A DNA stretch of 64,000 bases from an uncultured Alphaproteobacteria bacterium (GTDB lineage: Bacteria; Pseudomonadota; Alphaproteobacteria; Sphingomonadales; Sphingomonadaceae), in assembly GCA_963802015.1 (NCBI GenBank), contig CAWDHB010000007.1:295809-359808 (forward strand). The letters run 5' to 3'. The position numbers and the translations under genes were made by a program. Within the stretch, counting starts at the first letter, position 1, and every line of letters starts with the position of its first letter. Below, piece by piece: positions 22,720 to 34,272 of the stretch. The notes under the pieces were generated by a model. It had not been told where the DNA came from. It made no database searches and worked only from the letters and a program-made list of their open reading frames with translations.

Positions 22720-24184
22720 GCCGCGCCGAACAGTGCCGCTGCCGCCAACCGCGCGTAGTGGCCGAGCGGCATGGTGGCGAAATAGCCCAGCGGCGAGATC
22801 GCCAGCACGCACAGCGCCAGGATCGCCTGATGCATCCAGTCGCTCTTGCCCAAGGCCTTGCCCACCGGTGCGTCAAAATACATGATCTTGACGACCTTGA
22901 GGTAATAGAACGCGCCAATCACCGAGGCTGCGATGCCGATGGCGGCGAGCGGGATCAGGTCCGGCCTGCGACCGCTGCCTGAAACACCACGAACTTGCCC
23001 CAGAACCCGAACAGCGGGGGGATGCCCGCGAGGCTGAACATCAGCATTGCGAGGCACGCGGCGAGCACTTTGCGCTCGCTGGATAGCCCGGCCAGGTCGG
23101 CGATGGCTTCAACCGGATTGCCGTCGGCATCCTTCAGCATCAGCACGGCGACGAACGAGCCAACCGTCATCGCCACATAGATCGCGAGGTACACCAGCAT
23201 CGCAGCCGCGCCTTGCTGCGTCGCCGCCGCCAGTCCAACCAGCACGAAGCCGACGTTGTTGATCGAGGAATAGGCCAGCAGCCGCTTGATGTTCTGTTGC
23301 CCGATGGCACCCAGCGCGCCGACCACGATCGAGGCCAGCGCTACAAAGATCACGATTTGCTGCCAGACCGCCACTTGCGAGCCGAACGCCTCGAGCGCCA
23401 CGCGCATCGTCACCGCCATTGCGGCAACTTTGGGGGCCGAGGCGAAGAATGCGGTGACCGGAGTAGGCGCACCTTCGTAAACGTCGGGCGTCCACATGTG
23501 GAACGGCACGGCGCTGATCTTGAAGGCGAGGCCCGCCAGCATGAACACAATGCCGAACACTGCGCCGGTGGCAAGCTCTCCGGTCAGCGCCGCATGAATT
23601 CCGGCGTAACTGGTGGTACCGGTGAAGCCGTAGATCAGGCTCATCCCGAACAGCAGGATCCCGCTGGCGAGCGCGCCGAGCACGAAGTATTTCAGTCCCG
23701 CTTCGGCCGAGCGGCTCGTCACTGCGCAGGAACGCCGCAAGCACGTAGGCGGCGAGCGAGTTCATCTCGAGCCCGATGTACAGCGTCATCAGATTGCTGG
23801 CCGAAACCATGATCGCTCATGCCCAGTGCGGCGAACAGCACCAGCACCGGATATTCGGCCTGCATCGCCCGCAACCGCTCAAAATAGGCAGGCGCAATTA
23901 CCAAAGCGGCGATGGCCGAGGCAAAGATCAGCAGCTTGGCGAAGCGAAGCAAAGGCATCGGCCCGGAATTGGCCGAAGAAGGCTTCGGTCGCTGGGCCGC
24001 TCGCGCCGCTGCACAGCGCGGGCGCGACCATTGCGCTCGCCACCACCAGCACGGCAATCGCCAGCCACGAAATCGGCCGCGAGGCACGGTCACCGCGCCA
24101 GGCGGCACAGAGCAGCAGGATCAGACCGGAAATGCTCAGCAGTTCTTCGGGCGCGACCAACGTGATGGATTGCAGCAAGTCCAT
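22716..24184 (-). CDS. nuoN: NADH-quinone oxidoreductase subunit N (frameshifted)
   Basis: EAGLKYF, FKISAVPFHMWTPDVYEGAP, KRLLAYSSI, SLAGIPP..GF.GK. Confidence 0.95.
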
Positions 24185-25738
24185 CAGTGCGATCCCTCAT
24201 GCGCGGCTGGTTTGGCTGCGTGGTGCTGTTCACCCGCCTTCACCGGTTTGCCCGCAGTTGGCTTGGCATCGCCGTCAGGCTTGGCCCGCGCCAGCCGCGC
24301 ATCAAGCGCCGCAATATCCTGCCGCATCGGGGCAAGGAAGCTTTCGGGATAAACCCCCATCCACAGCACGGCGGCGGCGAGCGGCACCATCATCAGCCAC
24401 TCGCGCAGTGTCCAGATCGGGCATCGCGGCGGCATCGGCATTTTTCTGCGACACCGAAAATCACCCGGCGATAGAGGTACAGCATATAGGCCGCGCCCAG
24501 GATGATCCCGGTGGTGCAGACCAGCGCAACCCAGCTCGACACCTGATAAATTCCGCCCAGCGCCAGGAATTCGCCAACGAAGCCGCTGGTCCCCGGCAAG
24601 CCGATGCTCGCCATGGTGAACAGCATGAAGAACAGCGCGTAATACGGCATGTTGATCGCAAGGCCGCCGTAGCGATCAATCTCGCGGGTGTGCAGCCGGT
24701 CATAGATCACGCCCGACGGCAAGGAACAGCGCGCCCGAGACCAGCCCGTGGCTGAGCATGACGATCATCGCGCCTTCAAGGCCCTGCACGTTGAACGAGA
24801 ACAGCCCGACCGTAACGATCGCCATGTGCGCGACTGACGAATAGGCGATCAGCTTTTTCATGTCGTGCTGCACCAGCGCGATCAGCGAGGTGATGATCAC
24901 CGCCGCCATCGACAGCGCGAACACCAGCCAGGCGAACTGCGCGGAGGCTTCGGGAAACATCGGCAGGCTGAAGCGGATGAAGCCATAGCCGCCCATCTTC
25001 AGCAGCACGCCCGCCAGAATCACCGAACCCGCGGTCGGCGCCTGCACGTGCGCATCGGGCAGCCAGGTGTGGACCGGCCACATCGGCATCTTCGACCGCA
25101 AAGCTGGCGAAGAAGGCCAGCCACAGCCAGGTTTGCGCTTGCGGCGCGAAATCATAGGCCATCAGCGTCGGGATGTCAGTGGTCCCGGCCTCGTTCACCA
25201 TCCACAGCATCGCGATCAGCATCAGCACCGAGCCGAGCAGCGTGTAGAGGAAGAACTTGTAGCTGGCGTAGATCCGGTCGGCCCCGCCCCAGACCCCGAT
25301 GATCAGGTACATCGGGATCAGCCCGGCTTCGAAGAAGATGTAGAACAGGAACAGGTCCTGCGCCGCGAACACGCCGATCATCAGCGCTTCCATCAGCAGG
25401 AACGCCGCCATGTATTCGCCGACGCGCTTGTCGATCGAGATCCAGCTCGCGCCGATGCAGATCGGCATCAGGAACACCGACAGCAGGATCAGCATCAAGG
25501 CGATCCCGTCGATCCCCAGGGCCCAATCGAACCCGGCGAACAGCGGCAGACGCTCCGCGAATTGCCACTGCGCGCCGCCGATATCGTACTGGTTCCACAG
25601 CACCAGCCCGAGCGCGAGGTTAAGCAGGGTTGCACCGAGCGCAATGATCCGCGCCTGGCTGGCGCTGGCGAACAGGCAGATAATCCCTGCCACCAACGGC
25701 AGGAAGAGCATCAGCGAAAGGATCGGGAAAGCGTTCAC
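24184..25738 (-). CDS. nuoM: NADH-quinone oxidoreductase subunit M (frameshifted)
   Basis: [50 protein letters not shown]. Confidence 0.95.
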
Positions 25739-25860
25739 TTTACCGTCACCCCGGCGTAGGCCGGGGCCCAGCCCCGCGCAAAAATTCGACGCGAAGCGGC
25801 GTCACTTGGTTTGGTCTGGATCCCGGCCTTCGCCGGGATGACGCGGCGCGGGGAAATCAT
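25735..25860 (-). CDS. 41-aa bridge ORF encoded by a CGTC-tagged palindromic element (25744-25843) between nuoL and nuoM
   Basis: [41 protein letters not shown]; ATGA overlap with the nuoL stop and GTGA overlap with the nuoM start. Confidence 0.6.
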   Translation of the reverse strand: MISPRRVIPAKAGIQTKPSDAASRRIFARGWAPAYAGVTVK

Positions 25861-27879
25861 CGTGCGATCACCCAGCTAACCGCCGCGACAAGGCCGAGCA
25901 GCATCACCAACGCGTAGGAATAGAGATAGCCCGACTGGATCCTTCGCGCATAAGTCGATCCTTGCACCACCACCCAGGCCGCGCCGTTCGGGCCGAACCG
26001 GTCGATCAGACCAATATCGCCCAGCTTCCAGAACTTGTCCCCCAGCCAGAACGCGGGGCGGACGAACAGGAAGTCATAGAGCTCGTCAAAGTACCACTTG
26101 TTGTAGAAGAAGGTGTGCACCACGCCGAACTGCGCGACGAAGGCGGCGGGCAGGCTGGTGTTCTTGATGTAGGCCAGCCAGGCCGTGAACAGGCCAAGCA
26201 GCATCACCACGGTGGCGGACAGCTTCACCCACAGCGGCACTTCGTGCATCGCGTGCATCAGGTGCTCGTTGTAAGCGATCGAGCCCTTCCAGAACGCGGC
26301 GCTGTCCAAGAAGGCGTGGCTGAACAGCCAGCCCGCGAACACCGCGCCCAGCGACAGCAGGCCGAGCGGGATCAGCATCGCTAGCGGGCTTTCGTGCGGG
26401 TGATAGCCTGCGGTGCCGTCGTGCGACGCGTGCGTGTCATGTGCGTGATCGTCATGGCCGTGGTGGGCGTCATGGACCGCGTGCTGGATATGCTCCGACT
26501 GATCCCAGCGCGGCTTGCCGAAGAAGGTCAGGAACATCAGCCGCCACGAATAGAAACTGGTCAGCAGGGCCGCAGTAACGCCAACCCAGAAGGCGAAGCG
26601 CCCGCTCTCGCCGCCGCTGGCATAGGCCGCTTCAAGGATCGCGTCCTTCGAATGGAAGCCCGCAAACCCGGCGTGGAGCCAGTAAATCCCGACCCCGGTG
26701 ATCGCCAAGGTTCCGCCATCATCGCCCAGAACGTCAGCGGGATATGTTTCCGCAGGCCGCCATAATAGCGCATATCCTGCTCATGATGCATCGCGTGGAT
26801 CACGCTGCCAGCGCCAAGGAACAGCAGCGCCTTGAAGAATGCGTGCGTGAACAGGTGGAACATCGCCGCGTTGTAGGCCCCTACTCCGGCCGCAAAGAAC
26901 ATGAACCCGAGCTGCGAACAGGTGGAATAGGCGATCACCCGCTTGATATCCCACTGGCTGGTGCCGACCGTCGCCGCGAAGAAGCAAGTCGCCGCGCCGA
27001 CATAGGTCACCACGTTCATCGCGGTCTCGCTGGTCTCGAACATCGGCGAGAGGCGGCAGACCATGAACACGCCCGCCGTGACCATCGTCGCGGCGTGGAT
27101 CAGCGCGGAGACCGGGGTCGGCCCTTCCATCGCGTCGGGCAACCAGGTGTGCAGGCCCAGCTGCGCCGATTTGCCCATCGCGCCGATGAACAGCAGAATG
27201 CACAGCACGGTCATCGTATCGAGCCGGTAGCCGAGGAAGCCGATGGTGCTGCCCGCCATGCTGGGCGCGCGGACCAGGATTTCGGGAATGGAAACGGTGT
27301 TGAACACCAGGAACGTTCCGAAAATTCCCAGCATGAAGCCCAGATCGCCGACGCGGTTGACCACGAAGGCCTTGATCGCGGCGGCGCTGGCGCTCGGCTT
27401 GCGGAACCAGAACCCGATCAGCAGGTATGAGGCGAGGCCCACCCCTTCCCAGCCGAAGAACATCTGGACCAGGTTGTCGGCCGTCACCAGCATCAGCATC
27501 GCGAAGGTGAACAGGCGAGAGGTAGGCGAAGAACCGCGGCTGATCCGGGTCTTCCTCCATGTAGCCCCAGCTATAGAGATGCACGAGCGCGGAGACGGAA
27601 GTGATCACCACCAGCATCACCGCCGTCAGCGTATCGACCCGCAGCGCCCAATCGAAACTGAGGCTGCCCGATTGCACCCAGCTGCAGCACCGGCACCACG
27701 TATGGTTCGGCGTTGCCGCTGACAAAGCCAAGGAAGATCGGCCAGCTGAGCGCGCAGGACACGAACAGCGCGCCGGTGGTCAGCAGCTTGACCGCCGTGT
27801 TGCCCAGCATGCGGTTGCCCAGCCCGCCGACGATGGCCGCGAGCAAAGGCAGGAAGACGATGAGGAGGATCGAATTCAA
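25857..27879 (-). CDS. nuoL: NADH-quinone oxidoreductase subunit L (frameshifted)
   Basis: [55 protein letters not shown]. Confidence 0.96.
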
Positions 27880-27883
27880 CAGA

Positions 27884-28189
27884 TCATCCCTTCAACTGGC
27901 TGACATCGTCAACCGCAATGGTGCCGCGATCACGGAAATAAATCACCAGGATCGCCAAGCCGACAGCGGCTTCACCCGCTGCCACGGTCAGCACGAACAT
28001 CGCGAAAATCTGTCCGGTAAGGTCACCGAGGAAGGCCGAGAACGCGACCAGGTTGACGTTCACCGCCAGCAGGATCAGCTCGATCGACATCAGGATCACG
28101 ATCACGTTCTTGCGGTTAAGGAAGATCCCCAGCACGCCCAGCACGAACAGGATCGAACTGACAGTAACGTAGTGTTCGATGCCGATCAC
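27884..28189 (-). CDS. nuoK: NADH-quinone oxidoreductase subunit K
   Basis: [29 protein letters not shown]. Confidence 0.96.
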   Translation of the reverse strand: MIGIEHYVTVSSILFVLGVLGIFLNRKNVIVILMSIELILLAVNVNLVAFSAFLGDLTGQIFAMFVLTVAAGEAAVGLAILVIYFRDRGTIAVDDVSQLKG

Positions 28190-28217
28190 AGCGCGCCCTT
28201 CCCAACAAATCCAAGTT

Positions 28218-28357
28218 CGTCACCCTGAACTTGTTTCAGGGTCCATCGTGCCGGAAGCGCGGTGGATGCGGAGAGCGAGGAAACGGCACGGCCTGGCTGC
28301 CCCACAGCGCTTCGGTCTGCGCTGAGAAATGGACCCTGAAACGAGTTCAGGGTGACG
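28218..28357. repeat. CGTC-tagged palindromic element between nuoJ and nuoK
   Basis: 29-bp terminal inverted repeats CGTCACCCTGAACT(T/C)GTTTCAGGGTCCAT, 28/29 identical. Confidence 0.9.
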
Positions 28358-28381
28358 GGGTTGGTAAGAAGGCTGGTAAGC

Positions 28382-29002
28382 TCACAACACCACCCCCTTG
28401 CCCACTTCCGGGTGCATATTGATCGTCGCATCCTGCGGCCGGCGCTGGTTCTGGCGCGAGATGTTCTGGCCGCGCACGCCGCTGCGCTGGCGGTGCGTCA
28501 GCACGATCGCGCCGATCATCGCCACCAGCAGGATGATCCCCGCCGCTTCGAACAGGAACAGGTATTTGCTGTAAAGCACCTGCCCGATCGCCTCGGTATT
28601 GCTGGCACCCGCTGTGCCCTTGGCAGCATCACTGCCAGGCTTGCCCAGCTTGATCCCCGCCCCCCCGCGCGCGATCAGGCCGACGAACAGCTCCACAAAC
28701 AGCACCACCGCCAACAGCAGCCCGAGCGGGAAATTCTTGATGAACCCAGCGCGCAGTTCGGCGAAATCGATGTCGAGCATCATCACCACGAACAGGAACA
28801 GCACCGCCACCGCGCCGACGTAAACGATCACCAGCAGCATCGCGATGAACTCCGCGCCGACCAGCACCATCAGCCCCGCCGCGTTGAAAAACGCCACGAT
28901 CAGCCACAGCACCGCATGGACCGGGTTGCGCGACAGGATCGTCAAAGCCCCCGCCAGCAGCATCAGCCCGGCGAACAGGTAAAAGGCGAAGACGTGGATC
29001 AT
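28382..29002 (-). CDS. nuoJ: NADH-quinone oxidoreductase subunit J
   Basis: NPVHAVLWL, VYVGAVAVLFLFVVMML, LLVAMIGAIVL; ATG at 29002 after GGAGG. Confidence 0.96.
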   Translation of the reverse strand: MIHVFAFYLFAGLMLLAGALTILSRNPVHAVLWLIVAFFNAAGLMVLVGAEFIAMLLVIVYVGAVAVLFLFVVMMLDIDFAELRAGFIKNFPLGLLLAVVLFVELFVGLIARGGAGIKLGKPGSDAAKGTAGASNTEAIGQVLYSKYLFLFEAAGIILLVAMIGAIVLTHRQRSGVRGQNISRQNQRRPQDATINMHPEVGKGVVL

Positions 29003-29036
29003 GCGCCTGCCTCCAAAACCCTTCTCAAACCAACGC

Positions 29037-29108
29037 CCGTTCGTGTCGAGCGAAGTCGAGACACAGCCGAGCTGCGCATGGTGTCTCGACTTCGCTCGAC
29101 ACGAACGG
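29037..29108. repeat. Perfect 28-bp hairpin element between nuoI and nuoJ
   Basis: CCGTTCGTGTCGAGCGAAGTCGAGACAC, 16-nt loop, then its exact reverse complement; lies inside the 42-aa ORF 29127-28999. Confidence 0.92.
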
Positions 29109-29150
29109 CGTTGGTGTATGTGGGCATGTGTTCCGAACATCGCGCCGCCC

Positions 29151-29640
29151 CTACCGATACGGCGCATCGGCTTCAAGGTTTGCGGCCAGTGCCCGCTCCC
29201 ACTTGTCCCCGTTCGCCAGCAGTTTGGTCTTGTCGTAGAGCAGCTCCTCGCGCGTTTCGGTCGCGTATTCGAAGTTCGGCCCCTCGACGATCGCATCGAC
29301 CGGGCAGGCTTCCTGGCAGAACCCGCAGAAGATGCACTTGGTCATGTCGATGTCGTAGCGGGTGGTGCGGCGGCTGCCGTCGTCCCTCGGCTCGGCCTCG
29401 ATCGTGATCGCCTGCGCCGGGCAGACCGCCTCGCACAGCTTGCACGCGATGCAGCGTTCCTCGCCGTTGGGATAGCGCCGCAGAGCATGCTCGCCGCGAA
29501 AGCGCGGGCGACAGCGGGTTCTTCTCGAACGGATAGTTGATCGTCGCCTTGGGCTTGAAGAAGTACTTCAAGGTCAGCCAGTGCGCCTTGACGAACTCCC
29601 ACAGGGTGAACGATTTGATGAGGTGGGAGAGGCTGCTCAT
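29151..29640 (-). CDS. nuoI: NADH-quinone oxidoreductase subunit I (frameshifted)
   Basis: TINYPFEK, two CxxCxxCxxxCP motifs, NLEADAPYR. Confidence 0.95.
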
Positions 29641-30105
29641 GGTTTGGCCGTTTCCGGAGTTGCTGCGGGCTTGAATTCGGCGGTGCAATCGCCGTTGGCA
29701 TAGGCTGACATGGTGCCGCCTCCCGTTGCCGGATCGCGGCGGAAATAGTTGATGGTGACGAGACCATCGTCATCGTGCAGCAGATTCAGCATCAGGTTGT
29801 AATGCCCGGCAGCACCATCGCTGCCGATGACGTAGAACCGGCGCACCTGATCGCCAACGCTGAACGGGCTCGCCGCCTGCTTGCCGACGCAGCTGCGCAG
29901 GCCCGGTCCCATCGATCTGGGTTGGCATCGAGCGGTTGGGATCCCAGCCAGCAGGCACAGCGGCGAAAATCCGCTTCAGCTCAAATCGCGTGCCTTGGGT
30001 ATCGATCATGTCGCACCGCCAGGCAGTTGCGCTAGCAGGCGCCAAAGTTGGCGGCGCGGCCATGATCACCGACTGCGCGGCCAAAAGGGTAGCGAGGCCG
30101 ATCAT
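29637..30105 (-). CDS. Accessory secreted hypothetical protein inside the nuo operon (frameshifted)
   Basis: Signal-like [12 protein letters not shown]..., WRCDMID, YANGDC; ATGA overlaps at both nuoH and nuoI. Confidence 0.7.
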
Positions 30106-31152
30106 CCGCTTACTCCGTAGCTCGTCAGCATCAGCCACCCGCTCACCAGCACCACAAACCCCAGCGAAACCGGCAGGAACACCTTCCAGCCCAGCCGCAT
30201 CAGCTGGTCATAGCGATAGCGCGGCACGGTGGCCTTCACCCAGCTGAAGATGAAGAAGAAGAACAGGATCTTGCCGAACAGCCAGATCCAGCCGGGCACC
30301 CAATAGAGCGGGGCCCAGTCAAGCGGCGGCAGCCAGCCGCCGAAGAACAGCACCGCGTTGAGCGCGCACATCAGCAGGACGTTGGCATATTCGCCGAGCC
30401 AGTAGAGCGCGAAGCTCATGCTGGAATATTCGGTCTGGTACCCGGCGACGAGCTCGCTCTCGGCCTCGGTCAGATCGAACGGCGCGCGGGCGGTTTCGGC
30501 CATGCCGCTGATCAGGAACATCACCCACATCGGGAACAGCAGCGGGTTGAAGACGAAGCCATTGAGCGGCCCGACGTGGCTGCGCTGCGCCTGGACGATC
30601 TCGTTCAGGTTGAAGCTGTCCGCCCACAGCACCACGCAGATCAGGATGAAGCCGATCGAGACTTCATACGAAATCATCTGCGCCGAAGCGCGCATCGCGC
30701 TGAAAAACGGGTATTTCGAGTTCGACGCCCAGCCCGCGATCACCACCCCGTAAACCCCCAGCGAGGAGATCGCGAGGACATAGAGCAGCCCGACATTGAT
30801 ATCCGCCAGCACCGCCCCCGAATTGAACGGGATCACCGCCCAGGCCATCAGCGCGACGGTGAAGGTGATGATCGGCGCGATCAGGAACAGGCCCTTGTTC
30901 GCCGCCTCGGGAATGATCGGTTTCCTGCAGGAACACCTTGAGGCCATCGGCAAAGCTTTGCAGCAGGCCCCACGGCCCGACCACATTCGGCCCCCGCCGC
31001 AGCGCCATCGCCGCCCAGATCTTGCGATCGGCATAGATGATCATCGCCACGCTGAGCATCAGCGGGAGCGCGATCAGGAGGATGCCCGCGATGGTCGCGA
31101 GCGCCCAGGCCCAGTCGTGGCTGAGGCCCCACTGCATGAAGGTCTGAGTCAT
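30102..31152 (-). CDS. nuoH: NADH-quinone oxidoreductase subunit H (frameshifted)
   Basis: [58 protein letters not shown]. Confidence 0.96.
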
Positions 31153-31322
31153 ACTTCCTCTCCCGTGGGAGAGGGGGACCATCCGGACTTGATCTGGTGG
31201 AGTGGCACCAGCGCGTAATCCTGACGGTGCCGACTCGCGAGCTTGGGAGTACGCGCGCGTGCCCCTCCCCCACTGCGTGGGTCCCCTCCCCTGAAGGGGA
31301 GGATGTGTGACTGGCCCATCAT
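31149..31322 (-). CDS. 57-aa bridge ORF encoded by a CCTCCCC/GGGGAGG palindromic element (31156-31303) upstream of nuoH
   Basis: [20 protein letters not shown]...[10 protein letters not shown]; ATGA overlaps at both ends. Confidence 0.6.
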   Translation of the reverse strand: MMGQSHILPFRGGDPRSGGGARARTPKLASRHRQDYALVPLHQIKSGWSPSPTGEEV

Positions 31323-31585
31323 TCCTTCCCTCCGCCAATCTTATCAAAGATTGCGATCAAGACATGAAGCATCGCACCCGTTCCCACAGCGTAGGTAGCC
31401 TCAGCAACGCCCCAATAAAGGGCAGTGGATTTCGCCAAAAGAACAGCTGGATTACCGTCCTCACCGTATTGCATCGCCAAGGAAGCAGCAGACCAGTCGT
31501 TGTAAACGCGCCAGATGCCCATAACCACCGCGAGCCCGTAAAACACGTAGGGGAGCCTGCGCACGAATTGAGGAAGTCCGCTCAT
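31319..31585 (-). CDS. Accessory 88-aa two-TM protein inside the nuo operon
   Basis: [21 protein letters not shown]...[14 protein letters not shown]; ATGA overlap with the nuoG stop; lower GC than its neighbours. Confidence 0.75.
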   Translation of the reverse strand: MSGLPQFVRRLPYVFYGLAVVMGIWRVYNDWSAASLAMQYGEDGNPAVLLAKSTALYWGVAEATYAVGTGAMLHVLIAIFDKIGGGKE

Positions 31586-33593
31586 TCCGCCGCCTCCGCA
31601 AAGTCTTCGCCGTGGAGCAGTTCTGCCGAGCAGCGCTGCATCGTTGCGCTGGCGCGGGCGATCGGGTTGGTGAGGTAGAAGTCCTTGATCGGATAGGCCG
31701 CAATCACGCCAGAAGCCTTGGCCTTCGCCGCCTTGGGCAGCGCGCCATAGTCCGCGAGGCCTTCCACGCCCAGCGCCGGAACCGCCGCTGATCATCGCGC
31801 TGCGCAGCGCGTCAAAGCTGTCAAACCCAACCGAAACGCCCAGCGCATCGGCCAAGGCCCGCAGGATCGTCCAGTCTTCGCGCGCATCGCCCGGCGGGAA
31901 CACGGCCTGATCGGCGAACTGCACCCGGCCTTCGGTGTTGACGTAGGTTCCGGCCTTTTCGCTGAACGCAGCGGCGGGCAGGATCATGTCCGCCGCATGC
32001 GCGCCCTTGTCGCCGTGGTGGCCGATGTAGACGACGATGCTCTCGGCGAACTGGGTATAGTCCACTTCATCCGCGCCCAGCGAAATCAGCAGCTTCGGCT
32101 GCGCGGCAGCGAGATCGGCAATTCCGCCCGCCTGCGCATAGCCCAGCATCAGCCCGCCCATCCGGCTTGCGGCCATATGCAGCACGTTGAAGCCGTTCCA
32201 GCCATCACGCACCAGCTTGAACGTGGCTGCGAGGTGCAGCAAGGGGCCCAGCGCGCCCTTGCGCCAGCCCGGCGCCGCCCAGGATGATCGCCGGGCGCTC
32301 CGCCGCCTTGAACGCGTCCAGCGCATCCTTGGGCAGCTTGTCCAGCACCGCCAGATCAGTTGCCGAGGATTGGTCACCGGATAGGTCGCGTCCCATTCGG
32401 GCCCGACCACGAACACCTTCGCCCCGCGCTTCGCCGCCTTGCGCAGCCGCGGGTTGACCAGCGGCGCTTCCCAGCGGACGTGGCTGCCGACGATCAGCAC
32501 CGCATCGGCAGTCTCGATCCCGGCCAGCGCGGTGTTGAAGTTCACGGCGGCGAGGTTCGAACAATCATAGGCCAGCCCGGTCTGGCGGCCTTCGAGCAAG
32601 GTGGAGCCAAGCGCCCCCGCCAAAGCCTTGGCCGCAAACATCGTTTCGCAATCGACCATGTCGCCCGCGATCACCGCGACGGACTTGCCAGGGTTGACCT
32701 TGGCAACTGCGGCAAAAGCCTCCGCCCAGGTCGCCGCCAGCAGCTTGCCGTCGCGCCGGAGCCACGGCTTGTCCAGCCGCCGCGCGGTCAGGCCATCGAC
32801 CTGATAGCGGCCTTTGTCCGAGAGCCATTCCTCGTTAACGTCATCGTTGATGCGCGGCAAAATCCGCAGCACTTCGCGGCCCCGGCTGTCGAGCCGGATG
32901 TTCGCGCCGACCGCATCGGACACGTCGATGCTCAGCGTCTTCTTCAGCTCCCACGGCCGCGCTTCGAACGCGTAGGGCCGCGAGGTGAGCGCGCCGACCG
33001 GGCAGAGATCGATCACATTGGCCGAAAGCTCGTGCGCCGCCGCCTTTTCCAGATAGGTGGTGATCTGCATGTTCTCGCCGCGATAGAGCGCGCCGATTTC
33101 ATCCACGCCCGCCACTTCCTCGCTGAACCGCACGCAGCGGGTGCAGTGGATGCAGCGGGTCATCGTGGTCTTGATCAGCGGCCCCATGTACTTTTCGGTA
33201 ACCGCGCGCTTGCTTTCGTCATAGCGCGACGCGCCGCGCCCATAGGCGACCGACTGGTCCTGCAAATCGCACTCGCCGCCCTGATCGCAGATCGGGCAAT
33301 CGAGCGGGTGGTTGATCAGCAGGAATTCCATCACCCCTTCGCGCGCGGTCTTGACCATCGGCGAGTCGGTCTTGATCACCTGTCCCTCGGCGGCGGGCAG
33401 CGCGCACGACGCCTGCGGCTTGGGCGGCCCCGGCGCGACCTCGACCAGACACATCCGGCAATTGCCCGCGATGCGACAGCCGCTCGTGATAGCAGAAGCG
33501 CGGGATTTCCTTGCCCGCCAGCTCGCACGCCTGGAGCACAGTGGCCCCGGCGGGAACTTCGAGTTCGATGCCGTCTACGGTGACTTTAGGCAT
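31582..33593 (-). CDS. nuoG: NADH-quinone oxidoreductase subunit G (frameshifted)
   Basis: [48 protein letters not shown]. Confidence 0.96.
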
Positions 33594-34272
33594 TATGCCG
33601 ATCAGGTCCCTGATACCGTCAGCATGGTCTGAGCAATGGCGATTGATACATCGCATCGCCTGTCAGCTGCACTACACGTTTGTCAATAAACAGGCTTTCG
33701 CTGCCGGAAGGCAGACATCCATGTCAGCATCGTCAAGGCCAACGTGACGTTCTTTTCTCCATGAACCGGTCTTGGCCAGAACGAGTGCGCGCGATCAGCT
33801 CAGTTGCGCGTCACCACGCAATGTCCGATAGCTCCGAACCAAGCTCGCCGGTGTAAGTCATGCTGAGTGCGGCCAGTTTGCACGAAACCAAGTTGCACTG
33901 CTTCGGCATGAATGCTATAGAACCTGACTGATCTTCTGACCAGAAATGCCGTTCTCGATGAAAGCGGCTCATGCGAAACTCAAGTTCATCGCCTTCATGC
34001 CAAATTATCGGTCGATCTGGCAAACATCCAGGCACTCAGAATTTGGCTGAACTTGCGTCTTGCTCGGGCGCATCGGGCAGCATTCAAGAATTCGGCTGCC
34101 TGCTTGGATAGCGCCCTACAAAGCACTCAGCGTCAAGTACCAACTCGGCTTGTGCCATGACCGGCTCGCAGCCGGTCTACTGGCTGATGCGACACCGACA
34201 TGCTACGGCTGCGATCACAACAGCGGCCTTAGCTGCGGACCGGCCTCATCGGTTGGATGTACGTTTAGCCAT
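33594..34272 (-). other. Lower-GC insert between nuoF and nuoG, a degraded or error-rich ORF
   Basis: About 680 bp; opens with TGATG at the nuoF stop and ends with TAATG at the nuoG start; only fragments such as 33811-34035 are open. Confidence 0.45.

Noticed and set aside
31319-33454. NuoG fused to a C-terminal membrane domain
   Set aside because: Frameshift artefact; NuoG ends ...FAEAAE* at 31582 and the TM gene starts at 31585.
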